Origin: Cupriavidus necator
Lineage (GTDB): Bacteria; Pseudomonadota; Gammaproteobacteria; Burkholderiales; Burkholderiaceae
Reading direction: 5' to 3'
Assembly: GCF_016127575.1 (NCBI RefSeq)
Contig: NZ_CP066018.1
Span: forward strand, 450,001-482,000
Length of the DNA stretch: 32,000 bases
Positions 14,802 through 24,295 of the stretch are shown piece by piece. Made by a program: the position numbers and the translations under genes. Positions within the stretch are counted from its first letter, which is position 1, and every line of letters begins with the position of its first letter. The notes below the pieces were generated by a model. It saw nothing but the letters and a program-made list of their open reading frames with translations, was not told where the DNA came from and made no database searches.

Positions 14802-17335
14802 TAGCCGTCGTTGCGGTCGCGGAATATCCGGATGACGTCCGGGTTGCGGCGCAGCCCGCGCATCACGTTGGCCAGGTGCAGGCGGTTCTGCACCTGGATG
14901 ATAAACTGCATATAGGTGGCTTCCTGGTGGCCGGCGTCCTGCTGCTCCATGGCCACGTGCGCGACGTTGGCGTCGGCGGCGGTCAGGTCGGCAGCCACGC
15001 GCGCAACGATGCCCTTGACGTTGCGCACCATCACCTTGATCGACACGTCGAAGGCGCGCGTGGTCTTCTTGGCCCACATCACGTCGATCCAGTGCTCCGG
15101 ATCCTTGCTGTGCAGGCGCTTGGCGATCTTGCAGTCCTGCACGTGGATCTGCAGCCCTTCGCCCTTGCCCAGGTAGCCAACGATGGAGTCGCCCGGGATC
15201 GGGCGGCAGCACGCCGAGAAGATCATCGACATGCCTTCGTCGCCGGTGATCGGCACCGCGGGCGCTTCTTCGCCGGCGAAGGTCTGCACCGCCGCCAGCA
15301 GCGCGCTGTCGACATCGCCGGACAGCTCCTGGAGCAGGATCTCCATGCGCTTGGCCACCACCGCCGGCACGCGCCGGCCCAGTGCCAGGTCGGCAAAGAT
15401 GTCTTCGCGCTGCTTGTTGCCGGTCCACTGCACCATGCGGTCCCACACCGACTGCGGCACCGCCTTGAGCTCGAAGCCGAGCTGGCGCGCCGACTGTTCC
15501 AGCAGGCGCTCGCCAAGCTGGATGGCTTCGTCGAGCTTGGTGGTCTTCAGGTAGTGGCGGATCGCCGCGCGCGCCTTGCCGGTGCGCACGAACGACAGCC
15601 ACGCCGGATTGGGCTTGGAGTACGGCGCCGTCACCACCTCGACGATATCGCCGCTCTTGAGCTCGGTGCGCAGCGGCAACATCTCGTTGTTGATCTTGAC
15701 CGCGACGCACTGGTTGCCCAGGTCGCTGTGCACCGCGTAGGCAAAGTCCAGCGCGGTGGCGCCGCGCGGCAGCGCGCGGATATGGCCCTTGGGCGTGAAC
15801 ACGTAGACCGCATCCGGGAACAGGTCGATCTTGACGTGCTCGAGGAATTCCTGCGAATCGCCGGTCTGGCTCTGGATATCGAGCAGCGACTGCAGCCACT
15901 GGTGCGCCTGCTGCTGGATATCGTTGGCGTGATCGGCCTGGTGCTTGTACATCCAGTGCGCGGCCACGCCGGCCTCGGCGATCTGGTGCATGTCGCGCGT
16001 GCGGATCTGGAACTCCACCGGCGTGCCGAACGGACCCACCAGCGTGGTGTGCAGCGACTGGTAGCCGTTGATCTTGGGGATGGCGATGTAGTCCTTGAAC
16101 TTGCCGGGCATGGGCTTGTACAGCCCATGCAGCGCGCCCATCGCCATGTAGCAGTGCATCTGCGTTTCCACCACCACGCGGAAACCATATACGTCCAGCA
16201 CCTGCGAGAACGACAGCTGCTTGTCGTGCATCTTGCGGTAGATGCTGTAGAGCGTTTTCTCGCGCCCGGACAGTTCGGCCACGATGCCGGCGTCGGCCAG
16301 CCCCTTCTGCGCGGCTTCCAGGATACGCTTGACCACCTCGCGGCGGTTGCCGCGCGCGGCCTTGACGGCTTTTTCCAGCGTGGCGTAGCGGAACGGCGAG
16401 CCGACCTTGAAGGACAGCTCCTGCAGCTCGCGGTAGATCGTGTTGAGACCGAGACGGTGCGCGATCGGCGCATAGATCTCCATGGTCTCCAGCGCGATGC
16501 GGCGGCGCTTCTCCGGCGGGACGAAGTCGAGCGTGCGCATGTTGTGCGTACGGTCGGCCAGCTTCACCAGGATCACGCGCACGTCGCGCGCCATCGCCAG
16601 CAGCATCTTGCGGAAGCTCTCCGCCTGCGCCTGCTCGCGGCTCTGGAATTCGAGCTTGTCCAATTTGGTCAGGCCGTCGACCAGTTCGGCGACCTTGGGG
16701 CCGAATTTCTCGACCAGCTCGCTCTTGGTGATGCCCTGGTCTTCCATCACGTCGTGCAGCAGCGCCGCCATGATGGACTGCACATCCAGCTTCCAGTCCG
16801 CGCACAGCTCGGCCACCGCCACCGGATGGGTGATGTAGGGCTCACCGCTCTGGCGGTACTGGCCCAGGTGGGCTTCGTCGGAAAACTGGAAGGCCTCGCG
16901 CACGCGCGCCAGGTCGGGCGCCTTCAGGTACGCGAGTTTCTCCATCAGCCGGGTGATGGAGATGACCTGCTGGCGCGGCGGCACCGCCGGCTGCGAGGTC
17001 GGGCCGAAGAAGTGCCGGTATGACTGCGCCAGCACTGCGTCGATAAACAGGCTGTCAGCCGCCGGCGCCACATCCTGCATCGCGGCCAGCTCGTCCTGCA
17101 GCGCCGCGCCCCTGGACTTGCCCGGCGCCAGCGCGGGCGCGACGGCACGCTCGCCGACGACATCGTCGCCGAGCGGATCGGGAAGATTGGGAGCGCCGGT
17201 GCGCGCGTTCACGGAGGGCTGGCCCGGAATGGTGCGCTTAGGCGCCGTAGGCGGGGCCGCATCGCCAAGCGCCGGCGCCACGGCAGTCGGCGACGGCTGG
17301 GAGGGAGGCTTGGAGGGCGAATGCGGCGAAGGCAT
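14801..17335 (-). CDS. spoT: Bifunctional (p)ppGpp synthetase/hydrolase SpoT (RelA/SpoT homologue), with a Pro/Ala-rich N-terminal extension
   Basis: HD domain is SGEPYITHPVAVAELC...ALLHDVMED. Synthetase, TGS and ACT regions follow. It lies directly downstream of rpoZ, as in other proteobacteria. ATG 17335 has AGGGG 8 nt upstream. Confidence 0.9.
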   Translation of the reverse strand: MPSPHSPSKPPSQPSPTAVAPALGDAAPPTAPKRTIPGQPSVNARTGAPNLPDPLGDDVVGERAVAPALAPGKSRGAALQDELAAMQDVAPAADSLFIDAVLAQSYRHFFGPTSQPAVPPRQQVISITRLMEKLAYLKAPDLARVREAFQFSDEAHLGQYRQSGEPYITHPVAVAELCADWKLDVQSIMAALLHDVMEDQGITKSELVEKFGPKVAELVDGLTKLDKLEFQSREQAQAESFRKMLLAMARDVRVILVKLADRTHNMRTLDFVPPEKRRRIALETMEIYAPIAHRLGLNTIYRELQELSFKVGSPFRYATLEKAVKAARGNRREVVKRILEAAQKGLADAGIVAELSGREKTLYSIYRKMHDKQLSFSQVLDVYGFRVVVETQMHCYMAMGALHGLYKPMPGKFKDYIAIPKINGYQSLHTTLVGPFGTPVEFQIRTRDMHQIAEAGVAAHWMYKHQADHANDIQQQAHQWLQSLLDIQSQTGDSQEFLEHVKIDLFPDAVYVFTPKGHIRALPRGATALDFAYAVHSDLGNQCVAVKINNEMLPLRTELKSGDIVEVVTAPYSKPNPAWLSFVRTGKARAAIRHYLKTTKLDEAIQLGERLLEQSARQLGFELKAVPQSVWDRMVQWTGNKQREDIFADLALGRRVPAVVAKRMEILLQELSGDVDSALLAAVQTFAGEEAPAVPITGDEGMSMIFSACCRPIPGDSIVGYLGKGEGLQIHVQDCKIAKRLHSKDPEHWIDVMWAKKTTRAFDVSIKVMVRNVKGIVARVAADLTAADANVAHVAMEQQDAGHQEATYMQFIIQVQNRLHLANVMRGLRRNPDVIRIFRDRNDG

Positions 17336-17408
17336 GGCGGCGGCCCCTGGAATCCGGCTGGATACGTGCTGGCACGATGCGAGGATAAGCCATGGGCCGC
17401 CTGACCAA

Positions 17409-17612
17409 TCAGGTCGGGACCTTCTTCAGCATCTCGATGCCGACCTGGCCCGACGCGATCTCGCGCAGTGCCACCACGGTCGGCTTGTCCTTTGCTTCGA
17501 CTTTGGGCGTGTGGCCCTGCACCAGCTGACGGGCACGATACGTGGCCGCCAGCGCGAGCTCGAAGCGATTCGGAATGTGTTTCAGACAATCTTCGACGGT
17601 AATACGCGCCAT
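17409..17612 (-). CDS. rpoZ: DNA-directed RNA polymerase omega subunit
   Basis: [39 protein letters not shown] precedes ATG 17612. 67 aa. Confidence 0.9.
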
Positions 17613-17717
17613 ATCAAATCCACCTTGGGACAAAACCTTACGTTGGGTTGCTATTTTACAGCACGCGGCGGAAAACGCCGGCGGCGCCCCGCGCGGCTGT
17701 CATCGGCAGGCATCGGC

Positions 17718-18380
17718 TCAGTGGATGCCCAGCTCGATAAACAGCTCCGTATGCCGTGCTTTCTGCGAGGAAAACCGCAGCCGCGTGGCGCTGATCACGT
17801 TGCGCAACTGCTCCAGAGCATCGTCGAAGACCTCATTGATGATGACGTAGTCCGACTCCGAGGCGTGGGCCATTTCACTGCCCGCCGCCAGCAGCCGGCG
17901 CACGATCACATTGGGCTCGTCCTGGCCGCGTTTTTTCAGGCGCTCTTCCAGCGCCGTCAGCGACGGCGGCAGGATGAAGATCTCGACCGCGTTGGAAAAG
18001 CGCTGGTGCACCTGCTGCGCGCCCTGCCAGTCGATTTCCAGCAGCACGTCGTTGCCCTGCGCCATCTGCTGCTCGATCCACACGCGCGAGGTCGCATAGT
18101 AGTTGCCGTGGACCTCGGCCCATTCCAGGAAGTCGCCGCGGTCGCGCGCGGCGCGGAACGCGTCGACCGTGACGAAGTGGTACTCGCGCCCGTCCTGCTC
18201 GCCCGGGCGCGGGGCGCGCGTGGTGTGCGAGATCGACAGGCGGATGGCCGGGTCCTGCGACAGCAACTTGTTGACCAGCGTCGACTTGCCGGCTCCTGAC
18301 GGCGCCACCACCATGAAGAGGTTGCCGGGGTAGACGGTATCGATGGCAGTGTGTGGCGCGGATTGAGGCGTTGGGCTCAT
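17718..18380 (-). CDS. gmk: Guanylate kinase
   Basis: The P-loop is [17 protein letters not shown]. Other matches are [20 protein letters not shown] and IDWQGAQQV. Confidence 0.9.
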   Translation of the reverse strand: MSPTPQSAPHTAIDTVYPGNLFMVVAPSGAGKSTLVNKLLSQDPAIRLSISHTTRAPRPGEQDGREYHFVTVDAFRAARDRGDFLEWAEVHGNYYATSRVWIEQQMAQGNDVLLEIDWQGAQQVHQRFSNAVEIFILPPSLTALEERLKKRGQDEPNVIVRRLLAAGSEMAHASESDYVIINEVFDDALEQLRNVISATRLRFSSQKARHTELFIELGIH

Positions 18381-18411
18381 GATGATTCTTTGGTGATTCC
18401 TGAGGCTGTCT

Positions 18412-19347
18412 TTATTCGAGATTCTGGACCTGTTCGCGCATCTGCTCGATCAGCAGCTTGAGCTCCATCGAGGCATCGGCCAGTTCCTTGGCGGCGGCCT
18501 TGGAGCCAAGCGTGTTGGCCTCGCGGTTGAGCTCCTGCATCATGAAGTCCAGGCGCTTGCCGGCCTGGCCGCCCTTCTTCAGGATATGCCGGGTCTCGTT
18601 CAGGTGCGCCTGCAGCCGCGACAGCTCTTCGGCGATGTCGATGCGGATGCCGTAGACGGTGGCTTCCTGGCGGATGCGCTCGGCGATCTCGTCGCGGCTC
18701 ATCGACGGCATGCCGGTGGGCGCGGCCAGGTTGAAGGCTTCCTGCAGGCGCTCGGTCAGCTTTTCCTGGTGGTGCGCGATCAGCTGCGGGATGGTCGGCG
18801 TCAGGCGCTCGACGATCGCCAGCATGGCGTCGATGCGCTCCATCAGCGTCGCCTTGAGCGCGTCGCCTTCGCGGCGGCGGGCTTCCAGCAGCTGGTCCAG
18901 CGCCTCGCGCGCGGCGCCCAGCACCGCCTCGCGCAGTGCCTCCTGCGACAGTTCCGGCTCGACCAGCACGCCCGGCCAGCGCAGGATCTCGCCCATGCGC
19001 AGGGTGCCGGCGCTGGCGAAGGTGGCGGCGACGGTGGTTTCCAGCGCGCGGATCTGCGCCAGCAGCCCCTCATTGAGGGCCAGGGTGGCGCCGCCGGTGT
19101 CGGTGCGCTGCAGGTTGATGCGGCACTCCAGCTTGCCGCGCGACAGCTCCGCCATCAGCATCTCACGCAGGGCCGGCTCGAACGCGCGGCACTCTTCCGG
19201 GGCCCGGAACAACAGGTCGAGGAAACGCGAATTGACAGTGCGGAATTCCACCGAAACGGACGCGGAGCGCCCGCTGGGCTCGCCTTGCGCGTTGGTCAAT
19301 GGCGCCTGGCGCGTCGCCAGGCCATAGCCTGTCATGCTGTGGATCAT
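18412..19347 (-). CDS. yicC: YicC family stress-induced protein (endoribonuclease YicC)
   Basis: MIHSMTGYG...[21 protein letters not shown]...GKLECRINL aligns with the E. coli YicC N-terminus. The C-terminal block is [17 protein letters not shown]. Confidence 0.85.
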   Translation of the reverse strand: MIHSMTGYGLATRQAPLTNAQGEPSGRSASVSVEFRTVNSRFLDLLFRAPEECRAFEPALREMLMAELSRGKLECRINLQRTDTGGATLALNEGLLAQIRALETTVAATFASAGTLRMGEILRWPGVLVEPELSQEALREAVLGAAREALDQLLEARRREGDALKATLMERIDAMLAIVERLTPTIPQLIAHHQEKLTERLQEAFNLAAPTGMPSMSRDEIAERIRQEATVYGIRIDIAEELSRLQAHLNETRHILKKGGQAGKRLDFMMQELNREANTLGSKAAAKELADASMELKLLIEQMREQVQNLE

Positions 19348-19461
19348 TGGATGTTCTCGTGAATGGCGGCGGCCCCGGGCTGCTGGCGACCGGCGGGTCC
19401 CGCCTCGAGCGCCCCGTACGGGATTCCGGGGAGCTCTCAATACGTTGAAAGGAGGGCAACA

Positions 19462-19539
19462 ATGCCCTTATTTGTGTTCTTTACAAGTGACCGATTAGCC
19501 CGGACAATCCGGAGGCAAATCAGGTCCCTATTCCCATGA
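19462..19539 (+). CDS. Candidate 25-codon upstream ORF / leader peptide (MPLFVFFTSDRLARTIRRQIRSLFP) coupled to the kinase gene
   Basis: AAAGGAGGG (19448-19456) lies 5-6 nt before ATG 19462. The stop TGA 19537-19539 overlaps the kinase ATG 19536-19538. It is below the size cut-off of the ORF track. Codons are AT-rich and atypical. Confidence 0.3.
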   Translation: MPLFVFFTSDRLARTIRRQIRSLFP

Positions 19540-20582
19540 CAGAGCCAAAGGGCACGACACAACCGAAGAGTGCACCGCTGCCCGTCGGCACGCTGTTGTC
19601 CAACTATCGTATTGTAAAGAAGTTGGCCAGCGGGGGGTTCAGTTTCGTCTACCTGGCCACCGACGATACCGGCGCACCGGTTGCCATCAAGGAATACCTG
19701 CCGGCGTCGCTGGCGCGGCGCAACCCGGGCGAACTGATCCCCGTGGTGCCCGAGGAAAACGCCGCCGCGTTCCGGCTGGGCCTGAAGTACTTCTTTGAAG
19801 AGGGCCGCTCGCTGGCCCGCATCTCCCATCCCAGCGTGGTGCGCGTGGTGAATTTCTTCCGCGAGAACTCCACCGTCTACATGGTGATGAACTACGAGCT
19901 CGGCAAGACGCTGCAGGAGCACGTGCTGGCCGCCCGGCAGCAAGGCGGCCCCAAGGTGCTGCGCGAGCATTTCATGCGCAAGGTCTTCCACGACCTGATG
20001 AGCGGCCTGCGCGAGGTCCATATCCACAAGCTGCTGCACCTGGACATCAAGCCCGGCAACATCTACCTGCGCGAGGACGAATCCCCGATCCTGCTGGATT
20101 TTGGCGCCGCGCGGCAGACCCTGACGATGGAAGCGGCCCGCTTCCAGCCGATGTACACCCCCGGCTTTGCCGCGCCCGAGCTCTATGGCAAGCATTCCGA
20201 CCTGGGCCCGTGGACCGATGTCTACAGCCTGGGCGCCACGCTCTATGCCTGCATGGCCGGCATGCCGCCGCAGGAAGCCAACCAGCGTGAAAAGGAAGAC
20301 CGCATGGGCGATGCCCTGGCGCGGCTGCGCAGCAGCTACACCAACGGGCTGGTGGACCTGGTCGAATGGTGCCTGCGGCTGACGCCGGCCGAGCGCCCGC
20401 AGAGCGTGTTCCGGCTGCAGAAGGAGTTGCGCGAGCAGACCAACGCCCTCGGCGAACAGGCGCTGGCGCCGCAGACGCAAGCCCCGGCCCTGGCGCCGGC
20501 GGAGCGGCCCGCGGCGACCTCGCGCTTCCTGACCCTGCTGCGCCGGCGTGACGAACCCGTCCCCGGCGCGAGCGTCGACTGA
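19536..20582 (+). CDS. Hanks-type serine/threonine protein kinase (soluble, no TM or sensor domain seen)
   Basis: Glycine loop is LASGGFSFVY. Other kinase motifs are VAIKEY, the catalytic loop HLDIKPGNIYL, DFGAAR and YTPGFAAPE. The C-terminal tail is Pro/Ala-rich. Confidence 0.85.
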   Translation: MTEPKGTTQPKSAPLPVGTLLSNYRIVKKLASGGFSFVYLATDDTGAPVAIKEYLPASLARRNPGELIPVVPEENAAAFRLGLKYFFEEGRSLARISHPSVVRVVNFFRENSTVYMVMNYELGKTLQEHVLAARQQGGPKVLREHFMRKVFHDLMSGLREVHIHKLLHLDIKPGNIYLREDESPILLDFGAARQTLTMEAARFQPMYTPGFAAPELYGKHSDLGPWTDVYSLGATLYACMAGMPPQEANQREKEDRMGDALARLRSSYTNGLVDLVEWCLRLTPAERPQSVFRLQKELREQTNALGEQALAPQTQAPALAPAERPAATSRFLTLLRRRDEPVPGASVD

Positions 20583-20638
20583 ATCACAAATCTGGCGCCC
20601 CGCTTGCGGCCAGTCCACTGAATTCCCTGAAAGCCAAC

Positions 20639-21553
20639 ATGCGATTCTCTGTCTACCAGGAAAGCAGGAAAGGCGGCCGCCGCGTCAACCAGGACCGCAT
20701 GGGCTATTGCTTCACGCGCGACGCGCTGCTGATGGTGCTGGCCGACGGCCTGGGCGGCCATGCGCACGGCGAGGTCGCCGCGCAGCAGGCGCTGCAGACG
20801 CTGGCGCGCCAGTTCCAGGTGCAGGCGCGGCCCACGGTGCGCAACCCGGCCGAGTTCCTGCAGGACACCATCATGCTGGCCCACCGCGAGATCCACCGCT
20901 ATGCCGAGGCCAACCAGATGGCGGACGTGCCGCGCACCACGGTGGTCTGCTGCCTTGTGCAGCAGGGCCAGATCTACTGGGCCCATGCCGGCGACTCGCG
21001 CTATTACCTGCTGCGCAAGGGCCGGCTGCTGACGCGCACGCGCGACCACTCCAAGATCGAGAACCTGCTGCAGCAGGAACGCGTGCTGCCGATGCATGTG
21101 GCCAACCACCCGGAGCGCAACAAGCTCTACAACTGCCTGGGCTCGCCCAACCTGCCGCTGATCGACCTGGGCGGCCCGGTGCGGCTGGAGCCGGGCGACG
21201 TGGCCCTGCTCTGCTCCGACGGCCTGTGGGGCGCGCTCGAAGAGCCCGCGCTGGTGGACAAGCTGTCGCGCCTGTCGGTGGTGCAGGCGGTGCCGGCGCT
21301 GATCGAGCAGGCGCTGCAGAACGCCGGCGAAGGTGCCGACAACACCACCGGCATCGCCATGATGTGGGAACTGGACAGCAATGCGGCGGGGCAGGATTCG
21401 GTCATGACCGACACCCTGCCGCTGAACGCCTTCACCACCTCGATCCTGGAGCGCACCGGCACTGACAGCGACCTGCTGTCCGAAGAGGAGATCGAGCGCT
21501 CGATCGCAGAGATCCGCGCCGCCATCGACAAGACCAGCAACCTGATGCGGTAA
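20639..21553 (+). CDS. PP2C-family (PPM) serine/threonine protein phosphatase
   Basis: Matches are NQDRMGY, LADGLGGHAHGEVAAQ, HAGDSRYYL, LLCSDGLW and GADNTTGIAM. Confidence 0.85.
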   Translation: MRFSVYQESRKGGRRVNQDRMGYCFTRDALLMVLADGLGGHAHGEVAAQQALQTLARQFQVQARPTVRNPAEFLQDTIMLAHREIHRYAEANQMADVPRTTVVCCLVQQGQIYWAHAGDSRYYLLRKGRLLTRTRDHSKIENLLQQERVLPMHVANHPERNKLYNCLGSPNLPLIDLGGPVRLEPGDVALLCSDGLWGALEEPALVDKLSRLSVVQAVPALIEQALQNAGEGADNTTGIAMMWELDSNAAGQDSVMTDTLPLNAFTTSILERTGTDSDLLSEEEIERSIAEIRAAIDKTSNLMR

Positions 21554-21635
21554 TGCCCTCCCCGCGTGCGATGCGGCGCTCAAGGGCTGGCGGCGTTAGA
21601 ATCGCGGTCTCTCCCCGATTCGGACAAACCATCCC

Positions 21636-22355
21636 ATGCGACCCAGCGGCCGCGCAGCCGATGCGCTGCGTTCCATCAGCCTTACCCGCCACTACACCCG
21701 CCACGCCGAAGGCTCTGTCCTGTGTGCCTTTGGCGACACCAAGGTGCTTTGCACCGCCAGCGTGCTGGCCAAGGTGCCGCCGCACAAGAAGGGCAGCGGC
21801 GAAGGCTGGGTCACGGCCGAATACGGCATGCTGCCGCGCGCCACGCATACCCGCTCTGACCGCGAGGCCGCGCGCGGCAAGCAGACCGGCCGCACCCAGG
21901 AAATCCAGCGCCTGATCGGCCGCGCCATGCGCTCGGTGTTCGACCTGGCGGCGCTGGGTGAATACACCGTCCACCTGGACTGCGACGTGCTGCAGGCCGA
22001 CGGCGGCACCCGCACCGCGGCCATTACGGGCGCCTTTGTCGCCGCCCATGACGCGGTTTCGACCATGCTGCGCGACGGCCTGATCGCGGCCAGCCCGATC
22101 CGCGACCATGTTGCCGCGGTCTCGGTCGGCATGGTCGACGGCGTGCCGGTGCTGGACCTGGACTACGCCGAGGACAGCAGCTGCGACACCGACATGAACG
22201 TGGTCATGACCGGCAGCGGCGGCTTTGTCGAGGTGCAGGGCACCGCCGAAGGCGCACCGTTCAGCCGCGCCGACCTGGACGCCATGACGCGCCTGGCCGA
22301 AGCCGGCATCGCCCGCCTGGTGCAGCACCAGCGCGAAGCGCTCGGCCTGGCCTGA
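21636..22355 (+). CDS. rph: Ribonuclease PH
   Basis: [12 protein letters not shown]...[15 protein letters not shown]...[17 protein letters not shown]....[12 protein letters not shown]. 239 aa. Confidence 0.92.
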   Translation: MRPSGRAADALRSISLTRHYTRHAEGSVLCAFGDTKVLCTASVLAKVPPHKKGSGEGWVTAEYGMLPRATHTRSDREAARGKQTGRTQEIQRLIGRAMRSVFDLAALGEYTVHLDCDVLQADGGTRTAAITGAFVAAHDAVSTMLRDGLIAASPIRDHVAAVSVGMVDGVPVLDLDYAEDSSCDTDMNVVMTGSGGFVEVQGTAEGAPFSRADLDAMTRLAEAGIARLVQHQREALGLA

Positions 22356-22370
22356 GCAGCGGGACCCGCG

Positions 22371-22988
22371 ATGCAACGCCTGGTACTGGCTTCCAACAAC
22401 GCCGGCAAGCTGCGCGAATTCGGCGCGCTGCTGGCCCCGCTCGGCTTTGACGTGGTGCCCCAGGGCGAACTGGGCATTCCCGAGGCCGAAGAGCCCTTTG
22501 CCACCTTCGTCGAGAACGCGCTGGCCAAGGCCCGCCATGCCAGCCGGCTGGCCGGGCTGCCCGCGCTGGCCGACGATTCCGGCATCTGCGTGCAGGCGCT
22601 GGACGGCGCGCCCGGCGTCTATTCCGCGCGCTATGCGCAGATGGCCGGGCAGGCCAGGTCGGATGCCGCCAACAATGCGCACCTGGTCTCGCAACTGGCC
22701 GGCAAGCTGAACCGCCACGCGCACTACTACTGCGTGCTGGTGTTCGTGCGCCATGCCGAAGACCCCTGCCCGATCATTGCCGAAGGCCTCTGGCACGGCG
22801 AGGTCGTCGACGCGCCGCGCGGCGCGGGCGGCTTTGGCTACGACCCGCACTTCCTGCTGCCGCACCTGGGCAAGACCGCCGCCGAGCTATCGCCCGAAGA
22901 GAAGAACACGGTCAGCCACCGGGCCCAGGCGCTGCGCGCACTGGTGGCACGGCTGCAGGCCGATGCCGCGCAAAGCGCCACCCGATGA
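22371..22988 (+). CDS. rdgB: Non-canonical purine NTP (dITP/XTP) pyrophosphatase RdgB/HAM1
   Basis: Matches are LASNNAGKLREF, TFVENALAKAR, PALADDSGICV.AL.GAPGVYSARY and GFGYDP.F. It follows rph, as in many proteobacteria. Confidence 0.9.
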   Translation: MQRLVLASNNAGKLREFGALLAPLGFDVVPQGELGIPEAEEPFATFVENALAKARHASRLAGLPALADDSGICVQALDGAPGVYSARYAQMAGQARSDAANNAHLVSQLAGKLNRHAHYYCVLVFVRHAEDPCPIIAEGLWHGEVVDAPRGAGGFGYDPHFLLPHLGKTAAELSPEEKNTVSHRAQALRALVARLQADAAQSATR

Positions 22989-24217
22989 TCCCGATCGTAC
23001 CGGTCTCCGCGTCCGTGCCCGTGGACAGCAAGCAGCTCTGGCTCAAGCCCGGGCAGATCAGCCTGCCCGGCTCGCCGCCGCTGTCGCTGTACGTGCATAT
23101 CCCGTGGTGCGTGCGCAAGTGCCCGTATTGCGATTTCAACTCGCACGCCGCACCCGGCGCCGACAACCACGAGATCCCGGAAGACATCTACCTGGACGCG
23201 CTGCGCGCGGACCTGGAGCAGTCGCTGCCGCTGGTGTGGGGCCGGCCGGTGCATACGGTCTTTATCGGCGGCGGCACGCCCAGCCTGCTGTCGGCGGCAG
23301 GCATGGACCGGCTGCTGTCGGATATCCGCGCGCTGCTGCCGCTGGATGCCGACGCCGAGATCACGATGGAGGCCAACCCCGGCACCTTCGAGGCCGACAA
23401 GTTCGCCAGCTACCGCGCCAGCGGCATCAACCGGCTGTCGATCGGCATCCAGAGCTTCAACGACCGGCACCTCCAGGCGCTCGGGCGCATCCACGGCGGT
23501 GCCGAAGCGCGCAAGGCGATCGACATCGCCCAGGCCAGCTTCGACAACATCAACCTGGACCTGATGTACGCCCTGCCCGGCCAGACGCTGGATGAATGCC
23601 GGCAGGATGTGGAAGCCGCGCTGTCGTACGGCACCACGCACCTGTCGCTGTACCACCTGACGCTGGAGCCCAACACCCTCTTCGCCAAATTCCCGCCGGC
23701 GCTGCCGGACGACGACAGCGCGTACGAGATGCAGGACTGGATCGAAGCGCGCACCGCTCAGGCCGGCTACCGGCACTACGAAACCTCTGCGTACGCAAAG
23801 CCGCATCGCGAGGCGCGCCACAACCTGAACTACTGGCGCTTCGGCGACTACCTCGGCATCGGCGCCGGCGCGCACGGCAAGCTGTCGTTCCCGCATCGGA
23901 TACTGCGCCAGATGCGGCACAAGCATCCGGCCACCTACATGGAGCGGGCGCTGGCCGGCAATGCCGTGCAGGAAGCGCGCGATGTCGGCGCCGACGAGCT
24001 GCCGTTCGAGTTCATGCTCAACGCGCTGCGCCTGACCGACGGCGTGCCGGCATCGAGCTTCCACGACTACACCGGGCTGCCGCTGCATACCATCAGCAAG
24101 CAGCTGGCCGAGGCGGAAAAGAAGGGGCTGCTGGAAGCGGACCTGACCACCATCCGCGCCACCGAGCTGGGCCGGCGCTTCCTCAACGACCTGCAGGAGA
24201 TGTTCCTGAAGGACTGA
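22985..24217 (+). CDS. hemW: Radical SAM family haem chaperone HemW (coproporphyrinogen III oxidase-like)
   Basis: The CxxxCxxC motif is HIPWCVRKCPYCDFNS. Other matches are TVFIGGGTPS and RLSIGIQSF. ATGA start/stop overlap with rdgB. Confidence 0.88.
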   Translation: MIPIVPVSASVPVDSKQLWLKPGQISLPGSPPLSLYVHIPWCVRKCPYCDFNSHAAPGADNHEIPEDIYLDALRADLEQSLPLVWGRPVHTVFIGGGTPSLLSAAGMDRLLSDIRALLPLDADAEITMEANPGTFEADKFASYRASGINRLSIGIQSFNDRHLQALGRIHGGAEARKAIDIAQASFDNINLDLMYALPGQTLDECRQDVEAALSYGTTHLSLYHLTLEPNTLFAKFPPALPDDDSAYEMQDWIEARTAQAGYRHYETSAYAKPHREARHNLNYWRFGDYLGIGAGAHGKLSFPHRILRQMRHKHPATYMERALAGNAVQEARDVGADELPFEFMLNALRLTDGVPASSFHDYTGLPLHTISKQLAEAEKKGLLEADLTTIRATELGRRFLNDLQEMFLKD

Positions 24218-24237
24218 GCGCCGACGGGCACCGGTAC

Positions 24238-24267
24238 AAAAAAAAGCCACGCGATGCGTGGCCTTTT
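24238..24267. terminator. Bidirectional rho-independent terminator between hemW and the lipoprotein gene
   Basis: AAAAAAAA GCCACGC gat GCGTGGC cTTTT. There is an A-run on one side and a T-run on the other. Confidence 0.7.
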
Positions 24268-24295
24268 ACATGCTGGCAAACGTCAGGCTGGCATG

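Noticed and set aside
14592-17023. 737-aa (minus, off-frame) and 715-aa (plus) ORFs overlapping spoT
   Set aside because: SpoT has unambiguous HD, synthetase and TGS motifs in its own frame. The alternatives are Arg/Gly/Ala-rich with no recognisable domains.
19437-24250. Chain of long minus-strand ORFs (393, 415, 477 and 470 aa) opposite the kinase, PP2C, rph, rdgB and hemW genes
   Set aside because: All are antisense to genes with strong motif support. Their composition is typical of shadow frames in GC-rich DNA.
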